Below are positions 9,044-18,384 of a stretch of 64,000 nt of DNA, piece after piece. A model generated the notes under the pieces. It was not told the origin of the DNA. It did no database searches and saw only the letters and a program-made list of their open reading frames with translations. How positions within the stretch are numbered: position 1 is the stretch's first letter; every line of letters starts with the position of its first letter. Origin of the DNA: Candidatus Stercoripulliclostridium sp. (lineage in GTDB: Bacteria; Bacillota; Clostridia; Christensenellales; DTU072); contig JAZNIY010000004.1 in NCBI GenBank assembly GCA_045577735.1, forward strand, positions 40,564 through 104,563. Reading direction: 5' to 3'. The position numbers were made by a program, and so were the translations under genes.

Positions 9044-10033
9044 ATGTCGAAGTTAATGGATACTATTATCGCTCGTGCTAAAGCCGCTAACAAGCACATC
9101 GTTTTGGCAGAAGGCGAAGAGAGCCGTATCATCAACGCTGCAGCAATAGTTAAACAACAAGGTATAGCTAACATTACTCTTTTAGGTGATAAAGAAGTTA
9201 TTCTTTCAAAAGTAGAAGAGGGTGCTCTTGATGGAGTTAATATTATTAACCCAAAAACGTCTGACAAACTCAGTGCATATGCAAATCTTCTTTATGAATT
9301 ACGTAAAGCTAAGGGCATGACTGAAGAAAAGGCTTTACAACTTGCATCTAATCCTTTGTTCTTTGGTTGCTTAATGGTTAAGAGTGGTGATGCAGATGGT
9401 ATGGTTGCTGGTGCTATTAATTCAACTGGTGACGTATTGCGTCCCGCATTGCAAATTATTAAGACTAAGCCAGGAATCAAAACTGTTTCTGGTTGTTTCG
9501 TAATGGGCCTTCCAGAAGGATCACCCTATGGCGATAATGGAGTAATGGTATTTGGTGATTGTGCAGTTTTACCCGATCCTACCGCTGAACAATTAGTTGA
9601 TATTGCTCTTGCATCTGCAGCTAGTGCAAGAAAAATAGCTAATATTGCAGATCCCAAAGTAGCAATGTTGAGTTTCTCAACCAAAGGAAGCGCATCACAT
9701 CCTAACGTAGATAAAGTTCAACAAGCAACTGCAATGCTTAAAGAAAAAGAACTTGACTTTGATCTTGATGGTGAACTTCAACTTGATGCTGCCATCGTGC
9801 CCAAAGTTGGTGAGCTCAAAGCTCCTGGCTCAAAGGTTGCCGGCCATGCTAACGTTCTTGTTTTCCCCGATCTTCAATCGGGTAACATAGGTTACAAAAT
9901 CGCTCAACGTTTTGGCGGAATGGAAGCGATTGGACCAATTTGTCAAGGTCTTGCTCTTCCGGTTAATGACCTTTCTAGAGGTTGCTCCGTTAGCGACGTC
10001 GTTGGTGTTGTTGCAATTACTGCTCTACAATAG
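9044..10033 (+). CDS. pta: Phosphate acetyltransferase
   Basis: The product shows Pta-type similarity (IVLAEGEE.R...AA; SGDADGMVAGA; FPDLQSGNIGYKI). The ATG at 9044 has a GGAGG RBS, and ackA follows. Confidence 0.92.
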   Translation: MSKLMDTIIARAKAANKHIVLAEGEESRIINAAAIVKQQGIANITLLGDKEVILSKVEEGALDGVNIINPKTSDKLSAYANLLYELRKAKGMTEEKALQLASNPLFFGCLMVKSGDADGMVAGAINSTGDVLRPALQIIKTKPGIKTVSGCFVMGLPEGSPYGDNGVMVFGDCAVLPDPTAEQLVDIALASAASARKIANIADPKVAMLSFSTKGSASHPNVDKVQQATAMLKEKELDFDLDGELQLDAAIVPKVGELKAPGSKVAGHANVLVFPDLQSGNIGYKIAQRFGGMEAIGPICQGLALPVNDLSRGCSVSDVVGVVAITALQ

Positions 10034-10042
10034 GAGGAAAAT

Positions 10043-11242
10043 ATGAAAGTTTTAGTGCTTAATGCTGGTAGCTCATCTCTTAAATATCAAGTTATTGATA
10101 TGGATAACGAAAAAACCATTGGTAAAGGTATCGTAGAAAAAATCGGTACCGGTTTGGTTGGTAAATTGAAGCAAGAGGCTTCTAATGACAAAGCTATTGT
10201 ATTAGAACAAATTATAGCTGACCATACTGAAGCATTCACTTTGGTTATGAAGGCATTGACCGACAAAGAAAATGGCATTATTGAATCAATGGATGAAATA
10301 GGTGCAATCGGTCATCGCGTTCTTCATGGTGGCGAAGATTTTAAGTCCAGCGTAGTTGTTACTCCCGAAGTAATGGAAATTTGTGACAAGAATACCGTTC
10401 TTGGACCTCTACATATGCCTGCAAACCTTGGTTGCATTCGTAGCTGTATGTCGCTAATGCCTGACAAAGTTAATGTTGCAGTATTCGATACAGAGTTCCA
10501 TTCTTCAATGCCAGATTATGCATACATGTACGCAATTAATTATGATGATTATAAGCAACATAAAGTACGTAAGTATGGATTCCATGGCACTTCACACAAA
10601 TTTGTTTCCAGTGAAGCTATTAAGTACCTCGGCAAACAAGAAAGTAAGATTGTTACCTGCCACTTAGGCAATGGTTCATCTTTGGCAGCTGTTGTGAATG
10701 GAAAGTGTGTAGATACCAGCATGGGACTTACGCCTCTTGAAGGCATGGTCATGGGTACTAGAAGTGGTGATATCGATGCTGCTGCTGTTACCTTCCTAGC
10801 AGAGCAAAAGGGTATGACTGCAGCACAAATCGTTAACTACCTAAACAAAGAATGTGGTTTTAAAGGTATTGCTGGTTATAGTGATTGCCGTGATCTTTCT
10901 AAACTTGCTGATGAAGGTGATGAAAGAGCAAAACTTGCTTTCAATATGTTTGCTTATAGGATTCGTAAATATATTGGTAGCTACGTTGCAGCAATGGGTG
11001 GTCTTGATTGTATAGTATTTACTGGTGGAATCGGTGAAAACTCTCCTGAAGCACGAGCTCTTATCATGAATGGACTTGAAGTATTTGGTGTTAAGTTCGA
11101 TTACAACAAGAGTGCAACTTGTAAGAGGGGATGTTTCCAAGAATTGCATACCGAAGACAGCGCTGTTAAAGTCGTTATTATTCCCACAAATGAGGAATTG
11201 GTTATAGCACGCGATGCAAAAGCTCTTGCAGAGAGTAAATAA
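10043..11242 (+). CDS. ackA: Acetate kinase
   Basis: The MKVLVLNAGSSSLKYQ, HRVLHGG, YGFHGTSH and FTGGIGEN motifs are present. Confidence 0.95.
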   Translation: MKVLVLNAGSSSLKYQVIDMDNEKTIGKGIVEKIGTGLVGKLKQEASNDKAIVLEQIIADHTEAFTLVMKALTDKENGIIESMDEIGAIGHRVLHGGEDFKSSVVVTPEVMEICDKNTVLGPLHMPANLGCIRSCMSLMPDKVNVAVFDTEFHSSMPDYAYMYAINYDDYKQHKVRKYGFHGTSHKFVSSEAIKYLGKQESKIVTCHLGNGSSLAAVVNGKCVDTSMGLTPLEGMVMGTRSGDIDAAAVTFLAEQKGMTAAQIVNYLNKECGFKGIAGYSDCRDLSKLADEGDERAKLAFNMFAYRIRKYIGSYVAAMGGLDCIVFTGGIGENSPEARALIMNGLEVFGVKFDYNKSATCKRGCFQELHTEDSAVKVVIIPTNEELVIARDAKALAESK

Positions 11243-11276
11243 TATAATTATTTCCTAATAAAATAGGCAAAAAAGT

Positions 11277-11305
11277 TTGACATAAGAATTTCGATTAGAT
11301 ATAAT
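11277..11305 (+). promoter_or_regulatory. Sigma-A promoter for rpmF-plsX-rnc
   Basis: Consensus TTGACA (11277-11282), a 17-nt spacer, then consensus TATAAT (11300-11305). Confidence 0.75.
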
Positions 11306-11346
11306 ATTCTAGCGAGTTTAAGATAAAATTAACGAGGAGGTCTAAT

Positions 11347-11538
11347 ATGGCAGTTCCGAAGAGAAAAGTTTCAAAGCAAAGAACCAATACTAGATATGCA
11401 CAGTGGAAATTATCCGCTCCTAATCTTGTTGAATGCCCTCAATGCCACGAGCTTATCGAAGGCCACAAGGTTTGCCCTGAATGTGGATACTACAACGGTA
11501 AGCAAGTAGTCGTTAAGAAAGAAAAGAAAGATAACTAA
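11347..11538 (+). CDS. rpmF: 50S ribosomal protein L32
   Basis: The product begins MAVPKRKVSKQRTN and has a CPQC...CPEC zinc ribbon. It has a GAGGAGG RBS. Confidence 0.95.
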   Translation: MAVPKRKVSKQRTNTRYAQWKLSAPNLVECPQCHELIEGHKVCPECGYYNGKQVVVKKEKKDN

Positions 11539-11555
11539 TTCAAATATCTAACAAT

Positions 11556-11580
11556 AAAGGAAGCTCGGCTTCCTTTATTG
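11556..11580 (+). terminator. Hairpin after rpmF (partial terminator or attenuator)
   Basis: AAAGGAAGC / GCTTCCTTT arms with a very small loop, followed by a T-rich stretch. plsX starts only about 20 nt later, so read-through is likely. Confidence 0.45.
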
Positions 11581-11596
11581 ATTTTATAGGAGTATT

Positions 11597-12619
11597 ATGA
11601 AAATAGTATTAGACGTTTTTGGTGGAGATAATGCCCCCGAAGAAATAGTAAAGGGAGCAGTCCAAGCATTACAAGAAAATGAAGGATTCAATTTGGTGTT
11701 GGTTGGTAAAAAAGATGTAATAGATAATTTACTAACTGAATATGGGTATCAAGGTGATAGAGTAGAAATTATCGATGCTCCTGACGTCATTACCAATAAC
11801 GACGTTCCGACAGAAGCAATAAGAAGGAAAAAGGATAGTTCTTTGGTGGTCGCGTTTAAGACCTTAAACACCGATAGTGAATGTGTTGCGTTAATATCAG
11901 CAGGATCTTCCGGTGCTGTTCTTGCTGGTGGAATGCTCCTAGTTAAAAGAATTAAAGGCGTGACAAGAGCAGCTCTTGCTCCGTTACTTCCAACTATAAA
12001 TGGTGGCTTTGTTACTTTGGTTGATTGTGGCGCAAATGCTGATTGTAAACCACAAATGTTAGTTCAGTTTGCACATTTTGGTAAAGCAATGGCAACTGCA
12101 TATATGGGCATCCAAAATCCAAGGATTGGTTTACTATCCAACGGAACAGAGGATAAAAAAGGTAATCAGTTAAACACTGAAGCATTCCCACTTTTAAAAG
12201 CAGAAAATGGCATTAATTTTGTTGGTAATATGGAGGCTAGAGAAATTCTTTCTGGCGACTATGACGTTGTCGTCGCGGATGGCTTTAGCGGTAATATTGC
12301 TCTTAAGGGATGTGAGGGCACTGCGCTTGCATTCATGACAATTCTTAAAAATTCAATCTTGGAAGGTGGATTAAGAGCAAAGATAGGTTATCTACTAATG
12401 AAACCAGTGTTTAAGAAAGTTAAGAAAACTTTGGACTATAATGATTATGGTGGCGCTGTATTGGTCGGCCTACAAAAGATCGTAATTAAAGCTCATGGAA
12501 GTTCAAAAGCAAAATCAATAGCTGCTGCTATAATGCAAGCCGTTACTTTGCATAATAAAGGAATAGTTGAAGAAATAACTAAAGATTTGACTACTGAAAT
12601 TCGGGTGGATAATGAATAA
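11597..12619 (+). CDS. plsX: Phosphate acyltransferase PlsX
   Basis: The LDVFGGDNAPEEIVKGA N-terminus and GFSGNIALK motif are present. The position after rpmF is canonical. Confidence 0.93.
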   Translation: MKIVLDVFGGDNAPEEIVKGAVQALQENEGFNLVLVGKKDVIDNLLTEYGYQGDRVEIIDAPDVITNNDVPTEAIRRKKDSSLVVAFKTLNTDSECVALISAGSSGAVLAGGMLLVKRIKGVTRAALAPLLPTINGGFVTLVDCGANADCKPQMLVQFAHFGKAMATAYMGIQNPRIGLLSNGTEDKKGNQLNTEAFPLLKAENGINFVGNMEAREILSGDYDVVVADGFSGNIALKGCEGTALAFMTILKNSILEGGLRAKIGYLLMKPVFKKVKKTLDYNDYGGAVLVGLQKIVIKAHGSSKAKSIAAAIMQAVTLHNKGIVEEITKDLTTEIRVDNE

Positions 12620-13301
12620 ATCTGATATTCAAACTATAGAAGGCATAATTGGTTATGAATTTGAAGATAAACGTCTTTTAGTTGAAGCGCTTACACATAG
12701 TTCATATGCTAATGAAAATGCAGATTTAAGCTATCAAAGATTAGAGTTTTTAGGGGATAGTATTTTAGGTTTCATTGTTTCATCTTTTTTATATAATCAA
12801 TACAAAGAAGAAGATGAGGGGTTCCTAACTAAAACTAAAGCTAAAATTGTCTCAGGCAAATCGCTCTCTTCCACAATGGATGCTATGGGGCTAATTAAAT
12901 ATGTTCGTACCTCACAAGGATCCATAGAAGATGAAATAATTAAAAGTAATAATGTTAAGGAAGATATTTTTGAATCTATTATTGGCGCGATAATGATTGA
13001 CTCGGGTGACTATAAAGAGTGTGAAAAATATGTCTATAGACACCTTGGGAAGAGTCTGAATAATAATTATCTCAAAGAGGAGGTAAGTGATTATAAATCA
13101 CGATTGTTGGAGTATTTTGCGAGAAAACAAGGCAACAAAGTTGAATTTTTGGTTCAACCTCTTGGAAATAACGTCAATTCAGGTTTTGAAGCAACAGTTA
13201 TTATAAATGGTGATCGTTTCGGAAAAGGCGAAGGTGTTTCTAAAAAGAAAGCAGAACAATTGGCATCTAAACGAACCTTAGATATGTTGAGAATCAAATA
13301 A
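12612..13301 (+). CDS. rnc: Ribonuclease III
   Basis: It has the ALTHSSYANE...QRLEFLGDSILG signature and a C-terminal dsRBD (KSRLLEY...GEGVSKKKAEQLAS). Confidence 0.95.
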   Translation: MNKSDIQTIEGIIGYEFEDKRLLVEALTHSSYANENADLSYQRLEFLGDSILGFIVSSFLYNQYKEEDEGFLTKTKAKIVSGKSLSSTMDAMGLIKYVRTSQGSIEDEIIKSNNVKEDIFESIIGAIMIDSGDYKECEKYVYRHLGKSLNNNYLKEEVSDYKSRLLEYFARKQGNKVEFLVQPLGNNVNSGFEATVIINGDRFGKGEGVSKKKAEQLASKRTLDMLRIK

Positions 13302-13325
13302 TATTATTATTTAAAATAATAAAAA

Positions 13326-13360
13326 GCAATCCAAAAAGAAAAATTTGGGTTGCTTTTTTT
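13326..13360 (+). terminator. Intrinsic terminator after rnc
   Basis: GCAATCCAAA / TTTGGGTTGC stem with one G-U pair, followed by T7. Confidence 0.75.
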
Positions 13361-13378
13361 AATTACATATTTTATACT
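13350..13378 (+). promoter_or_regulatory. Putative sigma-A promoter for smc-ftsY, embedded in the rnc terminator
   Basis: TTGCTT (13350-13355, within the 3' arm of the terminator), a 17-nt spacer, then TATACT (13373-13378). Confidence 0.5.
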
Positions 13379-13422
13379 ATAAACTATAGTAGTGCGCGTG
13401 CGCACGTAAGGAGTTAAGAAAT

Positions 13423-16400
13423 TTGAATTTAAAGAAGATTGAATTGCATGGGTTTAAATCCTTTGCTGACAAAACGGAAATACCTTTTGAATCCAACGTA
13501 ACGGGCATTGTAGGACCTAATGGGTGTGGTAAATCTAACGTTATAGACGCGGTTAGGTGGGTGCTTGGTGAACAGGCTCCAAAAACATTGCGCGTAACAA
13601 AGATGCCAGACTTGATTTTTAATGGTACAACTAATCGTCTGTCCCTTTCTTATTGTGAAGTAAGTTTATACTTGGATAACGAAGACAGAAGATATAACGT
13701 TGACTTTGATGAAGTTGTTATTACTCGTAAACTTGTACGTGGCGGTGAAGGTGAATACTTCATTAATAGGGAGCGTTGTAGACATAAAGACATAATAGAC
13801 CTTTTCCGTGATACCGGAATAGGGCGTGAGGGCTATAGTATAATTGGACAAGGTAAGATTGACGAAATTTTGTCTAATAGCCCAGAAGGTAGAAGAAAAA
13901 TTTTTGAAGAAGCTGCTGGTATTAGCCGTCAAAAAGCGAGAAAAGTTGAAACCGAACGCAAGCTAGAAAGAGCGCGTTTGGATATGTCGCGTATAAACGA
14001 TATATTGCAAGAAGTAAGCTCAACTTTAGGACCTTTAGAGAAAGAAGCAAGTGATGCTTGTAAAGTAAAAGCGCTTCGTGAAAAGTTAAAATATCTAGAA
14101 GTAGCGTATTTCCTACATCAATGTGATAACAGTGCTGACACTCGCGAGAGAATACGCGCTAGATTAAAAAAGATAGGAGATGAATTAACCGAGCAAACGA
14201 ACGAACTTGATAGATTGAATCGCGATTACAACGTAACGATGGTCGGTATTGAAAACGGAACAAAATATTCCAATATGTTACGTGATCAAATTACCGAATT
14301 GATGGTTGCAGCCGAAAAAGCACTAGGTGAAGGTCGCGCTCTAGGTAAAGATATTGAGTATGCTAAACAAGACAATGATGCTATAGCTGAAGCTAGAAAA
14401 ATTAACAAAATAAAGTTAGAAGAAAAGGCTAAGTTTATTGAAGAAAAGTTCATGACTTCTCAACAGAAAAGTAATGAATTACAATTAAAAGAACTCGAAT
14501 CGGAAGAATTAAATAAAGAGTATACCAAAATTTCATATTCGGTAGAGCAACAAGAAAAGGCTATTGATGCAAGCAATGAAATGTTTGTAGATAGGCTTTC
14601 TAAGAGTGCAGAAATTGATAAAGACGTTGCTGCGTTAGAGCTTGAACGCAAACTTCTTTTGGATGGTTTATCGAGCAATAAAGATGAATATGAAGACAAA
14701 AAAGAGCTTTCGGAAAAAGTTTCTAAAATAAAAGAAAAGTTTTTGATAGAAAAAGATGCGTTTGAAAAGGAGAAAAAAGAAAAACTTGAAGAACTTGCTC
14801 TCGCCAATATTAATAAAACAAACGCAGATGAAGAATTAAAAGAAGTTCAACAAAAGAAGATAAACTTACAAACTCGTATTCAAAATCTTGAGTTTAAGAA
14901 AAGTATAGTTGAAGAAAACATTAATAGCTACAACGATTACGATGGAAGCATTCAAAACTTGATGGCATATGCTAAGGATCATCCAGAAGTGGAAGAAAAA
15001 ATTGTTGCAACCGTTGCAGAGATTATTAGCGTGCCGAGAGATCTTCAGTTAGCTATAGAAATTGCTCTTGGTAAATCAATTCAAAACATTATTACCAAGA
15101 ACGAATATGATGCTTCTGATTTGATGAAAGTCTTAAGAAACAACAACCTAGGTAGGGCGACTTTCTTGCCGATGACAACCATGAAGTATAATGATTTGTC
15201 AAGGGAGCAAGAAAGATCTCTTGATGAAGATGGCGTTGTAGGTGTTGCAAGCGAACTCATTAGATATGATTCTAAGTATAATAACATTATTTCTAACTTG
15301 TTAGGCAAAACGGTTATCGTAGAAGATCAGGATACTGCGATTAGGATTTCAAAGAAGTACGGCTACTCATTCCGATCCATAACTTTAGAGGGTGATGTAT
15401 ATTCTCCCAGTGGTGCTTTGACGGGTGGCGCAGCGGCAAAAGCAAGTGCAAGAATTCTATCTAGAGAAAGCGAAAAGGAAGATGTAATAAAGAAGATTAG
15501 ACAGGCCAAAAAGGATCTGGAACTCATTTCTGCCGACATTGAAGACCGAGAAAATGAATGCAAGGAACTTGCTAGTGCCGTTAGTGTAATATCTTCTCGA
15601 GTTGCTAAACTTGATATTGAAATAACTCGTCTTGAAGGTGACATTTCTAAGTGTGATAGAGAAATTGATTTCTACCAATTGGAAATGAAGAAATTATTTG
15701 CCGGAAACGAGGGAAGTCTAACTCGTTTGGATGAGATAGAGAAACTATTAAAAGAGGCTGGTAAAAACAAAGAAACTATTTCTTCCGATAGAACAAGTAC
15801 GGACGATTATATTACTGAACTTAAGAATAAATATTATGAAGATAAGCAGTTGCGGGAATCTTTGAATAAGCAAGTTACCGCAGTTATGATGGAGGTAACT
15901 TCTCTTAAAAACGAGATTGATTCTTTATCTAAGGAAATATCTGCACTAAAAGCAGAATGCAAGATTCTAGAACAAGAGTTGATGGACTTTGATGTTCGTG
16001 AAAAGTTCAACAACGGGCGCCTAGAAAGGCTAAATAAGGAACTTGAAAAGATAGTTTCCAACTCAAAAGAGCAAGCGGAGATAAATGAACTCAAGGCTAA
16101 GTTGGTTGAACTCGATGCCGAAAAAGACAGGATGAATGAGTTGGTCAAGGAACTTGATCAAAAGCGTATTGATCAAAATGAAATAGTTAATAAGACTAAG
16201 GAAAAACTCATTCGTGAAGAAGCAAATTTAGAGATGGTCGACACTCAAATTGCTACTATGAGCCAACGAATGGAAGAAAACTATGGCTATGATTTGGACA
16301 TGGCAAAAGCATATTTTGTTACAGTAGATCCTGTTCAAATAGAGGTAGAATTTATTCCTGATAAAGCTAATTCAGAAATCAATTCTATTAGGCGTAAAAT

Positions 16401-17052
16401 AGAAAGATTCGGTCCTATCAATGAGCTCGCAGAAGAAAAGTTTAGAGAGGAAAGTGAAAGATTTGAAGACCTTAATAAACAGTTCAACGACGTTCAAAAA
16501 GCTGAGCAAGATTTGATTCAAATCATCAATGAACTCACTGCTGAAATGGTTGAAAAATTTACCGCTAGCTTTAACGTTATAAACGAAAACTTTAATGAAG
16601 TTTTCAAAGAGCTATTTGGTGGTGGTCGTGCTAAGATGGAACTTGAAAAAGGTGTTAACGTTTTGGAGGCTGGTATTGAAATTATGGCAGAGCCTCCGGG
16701 AAAGAAACTTTCTAACTTGGCACCCTTGTCCGGTGGTGAAAGAGCGCTTACAGCTATTGCAATATTGTTTGCAATTATAAAACTTAACCCAATGCCTTTT
16801 AGCATTCTTGACGAGATTGAAGCAGCTCTCGATGAAACTAATGCAAGATTATTTGCTCAATACTTGAATAAGTTCTCAAAGCATACTCAATTTATTGTTG
16901 TTACGCACAGAAAACCAACTATGCAATTATGTAATACTTTGTTCGGCGTAACGATGCAAGAAAAGGGCGTTTCAAAGACGGTTAGAGTAAAACTTGAGGA
17001 AGCAGAAAAACACGCTGAAGTAAAGAAAAACAAGGATGAACAACTTAAATAG
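13423..17052 (+). CDS. smc: Chromosome segregation protein SMC
   Basis: It starts at a TTG 9 nt after an AAGGAG. It has the N-terminal LKKIELHGFKSF..GPNGCGKSN Walker A, long coiled coils, a hinge, and C-terminal LSGGERALTAIA and ILDEIEAALD. The product is 1209 aa. Confidence 0.95.
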   Translation: MNLKKIELHGFKSFADKTEIPFESNVTGIVGPNGCGKSNVIDAVRWVLGEQAPKTLRVTKMPDLIFNGTTNRLSLSYCEVSLYLDNEDRRYNVDFDEVVITRKLVRGGEGEYFINRERCRHKDIIDLFRDTGIGREGYSIIGQGKIDEILSNSPEGRRKIFEEAAGISRQKARKVETERKLERARLDMSRINDILQEVSSTLGPLEKEASDACKVKALREKLKYLEVAYFLHQCDNSADTRERIRARLKKIGDELTEQTNELDRLNRDYNVTMVGIENGTKYSNMLRDQITELMVAAEKALGEGRALGKDIEYAKQDNDAIAEARKINKIKLEEKAKFIEEKFMTSQQKSNELQLKELESEELNKEYTKISYSVEQQEKAIDASNEMFVDRLSKSAEIDKDVAALELERKLLLDGLSSNKDEYEDKKELSEKVSKIKEKFLIEKDAFEKEKKEKLEELALANINKTNADEELKEVQQKKINLQTRIQNLEFKKSIVEENINSYNDYDGSIQNLMAYAKDHPEVEEKIVATVAEIISVPRDLQLAIEIALGKSIQNIITKNEYDASDLMKVLRNNNLGRATFLPMTTMKYNDLSREQERSLDEDGVVGVASELIRYDSKYNNIISNLLGKTVIVEDQDTAIRISKKYGYSFRSITLEGDVYSPSGALTGGAAAKASARILSRESEKEDVIKKIRQAKKDLELISADIEDRENECKELASAVSVISSRVAKLDIEITRLEGDISKCDREIDFYQLEMKKLFAGNEGSLTRLDEIEKLLKEAGKNKETISSDRTSTDDYITELKNKYYEDKQLRESLNKQVTAVMMEVTSLKNEIDSLSKEISALKAECKILEQELMDFDVREKFNNGRLERLNKELEKIVSNSKEQAEINELKAKLVELDAEKDRMNELVKELDQKRIDQNEIVNKTKEKLIREEANLEMVDTQIATMSQRMEENYGYDLDMAKAYFVTVDPVQIEVEFIPDKANSEINSIRRKIERFGPINELAEEKFREESERFEDLNKQFNDVQKAEQDLIQIINELTAEMVEKFTASFNVINENFNEVFKELFGGGRAKMELEKGVNVLEAGIEIMAEPPGKKLSNLAPLSGGERALTAIAILFAIIKLNPMPFSILDEIEAALDETNARLFAQYLNKFSKHTQFIVVTHRKPTMQLCNTLFGVTMQEKGVSKTVRVKLEEAEKHAEVKKNKDEQLK

Positions 17053-17063
17053 GAGAGTATAAG

Positions 17064-17960
17064 ATGGGTTTTTTCTCAAAAATAAAAGATGGATTAAAAA
17101 AGACCAAAGATAGTTGGGGTAAAAAAATCTTCGAAGTTTTCAAAGCCAGGGAGTTGGATGACGATTTCTATGATGAATTAGAGTTCGCTATGGTTTCTGC
17201 CGACATGGGGGTTACCGCAACGGATGCTATTTTAAATGAGTTGAAGGACGTTATTTTTGAAAAAAAGATCACTTCCCCTGATTTGGCGCGTAAGGAATTA
17301 AAAAGATTAATGCTTGAAAGCATTGATTATGAAATTCCAGAGTATGAATATCCTCTCGTTATTTTAGTTGCAGGCGTTAATGGCGTTGGTAAGACTACGG
17401 CTATAGGTAAGCTTGCTAAGTTGTTTACTTCATCTGGTAAGAGCGTAATAGTCGCTGCTGCGGATACGTTTAGGGCTGCAGCAAGTGAGCAATTAGAAGT
17501 ATGGGCGAACAGAGCGGGCGTTAGGATTGTTAAAAGTACCGAGGGAGCTGATCCCGCGGCAGTAGTTTTTGATGCAATATCGTCGGCAAAAGCAAAAGGA
17601 ACGGAAGTAATATTGGTTGATACGGCTGGTAGATTACATAATAAGAAAAACCTAATGAACGAATTAGAAAAAATCAATCGCGTAATCAATAGAGAACTAC
17701 CGGAATGTGATAGGAGAAATTATATAGTCCTTGATGCAACTACTGGACAAAATGCAGTTCAACAAGTAGACGTTTTTAACGAAGCAATAGATATTGATGG
17801 TATAATATTGACAAAACTTGATGGAACGGCAAAGGGTGGCGTGGTTATGGCAATTAGTGCTGAACAAGAAATACCAGTCGTTTACGTTGGCGTGGGCGAA
17901 CAGATTGATGATTTATTGCCTTTTAATGCGACTGAGTTCATTGATGCAATATTTGAATAG
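17064..17960 (+). CDS. ftsY: Signal recognition particle receptor FtsY
   Basis: The GVNGVGKTTAIGKLA, DTAGRL and TKLDGTAKGG motifs are present. Confidence 0.95.
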   Translation: MGFFSKIKDGLKKTKDSWGKKIFEVFKARELDDDFYDELEFAMVSADMGVTATDAILNELKDVIFEKKITSPDLARKELKRLMLESIDYEIPEYEYPLVILVAGVNGVGKTTAIGKLAKLFTSSGKSVIVAAADTFRAAASEQLEVWANRAGVRIVKSTEGADPAAVVFDAISSAKAKGTEVILVDTAGRLHNKKNLMNELEKINRVINRELPECDRRNYIVLDATTGQNAVQQVDVFNEAIDIDGIILTKLDGTAKGGVVMAISAEQEIPVVYVGVGEQIDDLLPFNATEFIDAIFE

Positions 17961-17980
17961 AAATTTTTAAAAATTAATCC

Positions 17981-18015
17981 AGGTGTCAAGTAAAATTGCT
18001 TGACACCTTTTTTTA
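17981..18015 (+). terminator. Intrinsic terminator after ftsY
   Basis: Perfect 10-bp stem AGGTGTCAAG / CTTGACACCT with an 8-nt loop, followed by T7. Confidence 0.85.
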
Positions 18016-18028
18016 TATGTGGTATAGT
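18000..18028 (+). promoter_or_regulatory. Sigma-A promoter for the ylxM-ffh-rpsP... operon, embedded in the ftsY terminator
   Basis: TTGACA (18000-18005, in the terminator 3' arm), a 17-nt spacer ending in TGG (extended -10), then TATAGT (18023-18028). Confidence 0.7.
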
Positions 18029-18063
18029 CTATGTGTCAATGAAAAATACTTTACAGGTGTGCT

Positions 18064-18384
18064 ATGCAAAAAAAGTTTGAAATCGGCTTATTGAACGACT
18101 ATTATGGAGGTCTTTTAACCGAGTATCAAACAAGGATTCTTTCTCGATATTACGATGAAGATTTGTCTTTAAAAGAAATCGCAGAAGAAGAGGGCGTTTC
18201 TAGACAAGCAGTTGCAGACGTAATCAAGCGTTCATCCGAAAAACTTGTAGAGTTTGAAGACAAGCTTGGGCTTGTTGGAAAGATAAGTAACATTATTGAT
18301 AATATAGAACATGTAATTGTATCTGTAGATACAGAAACAGCCAATAAGTTGAAAGATATTCTTAATGAAGTTAAGGAGATATAA
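18064..18384 (+). CDS. ylxM: YlxM/p13-like putative DNA-binding protein (UPF0122)
   Basis: The product has LNDYYGGLLTEYQ and an HTH-like LSLKEIAEEEGVSRQAV segment. It lies immediately upstream of ffh with a 1-nt TAATG overlap. Confidence 0.85.
   Translation: MQKKFEIGLLNDYYGGLLTEYQTRILSRYYDEDLSLKEIAEEEGVSRQAVADVIKRSSEKLVEFEDKLGLVGKISNIIDNIEHVIVSVDTETANKLKDILNEVKEI

Noticed and set aside
18049-18061. An identical 12-mer, TTTACAGGTGTG, lies immediately upstream of the start codons of both ylxM (18050-18061) and hrcA (43779-43790).
   Set aside because: The shared part includes an AGGTG ribosome-binding core. In 64 kb of AT-biased sequence many 12-mer repeats are expected by chance. Without genome-wide statistics this is most simply a coincidence of similar RBS contexts.
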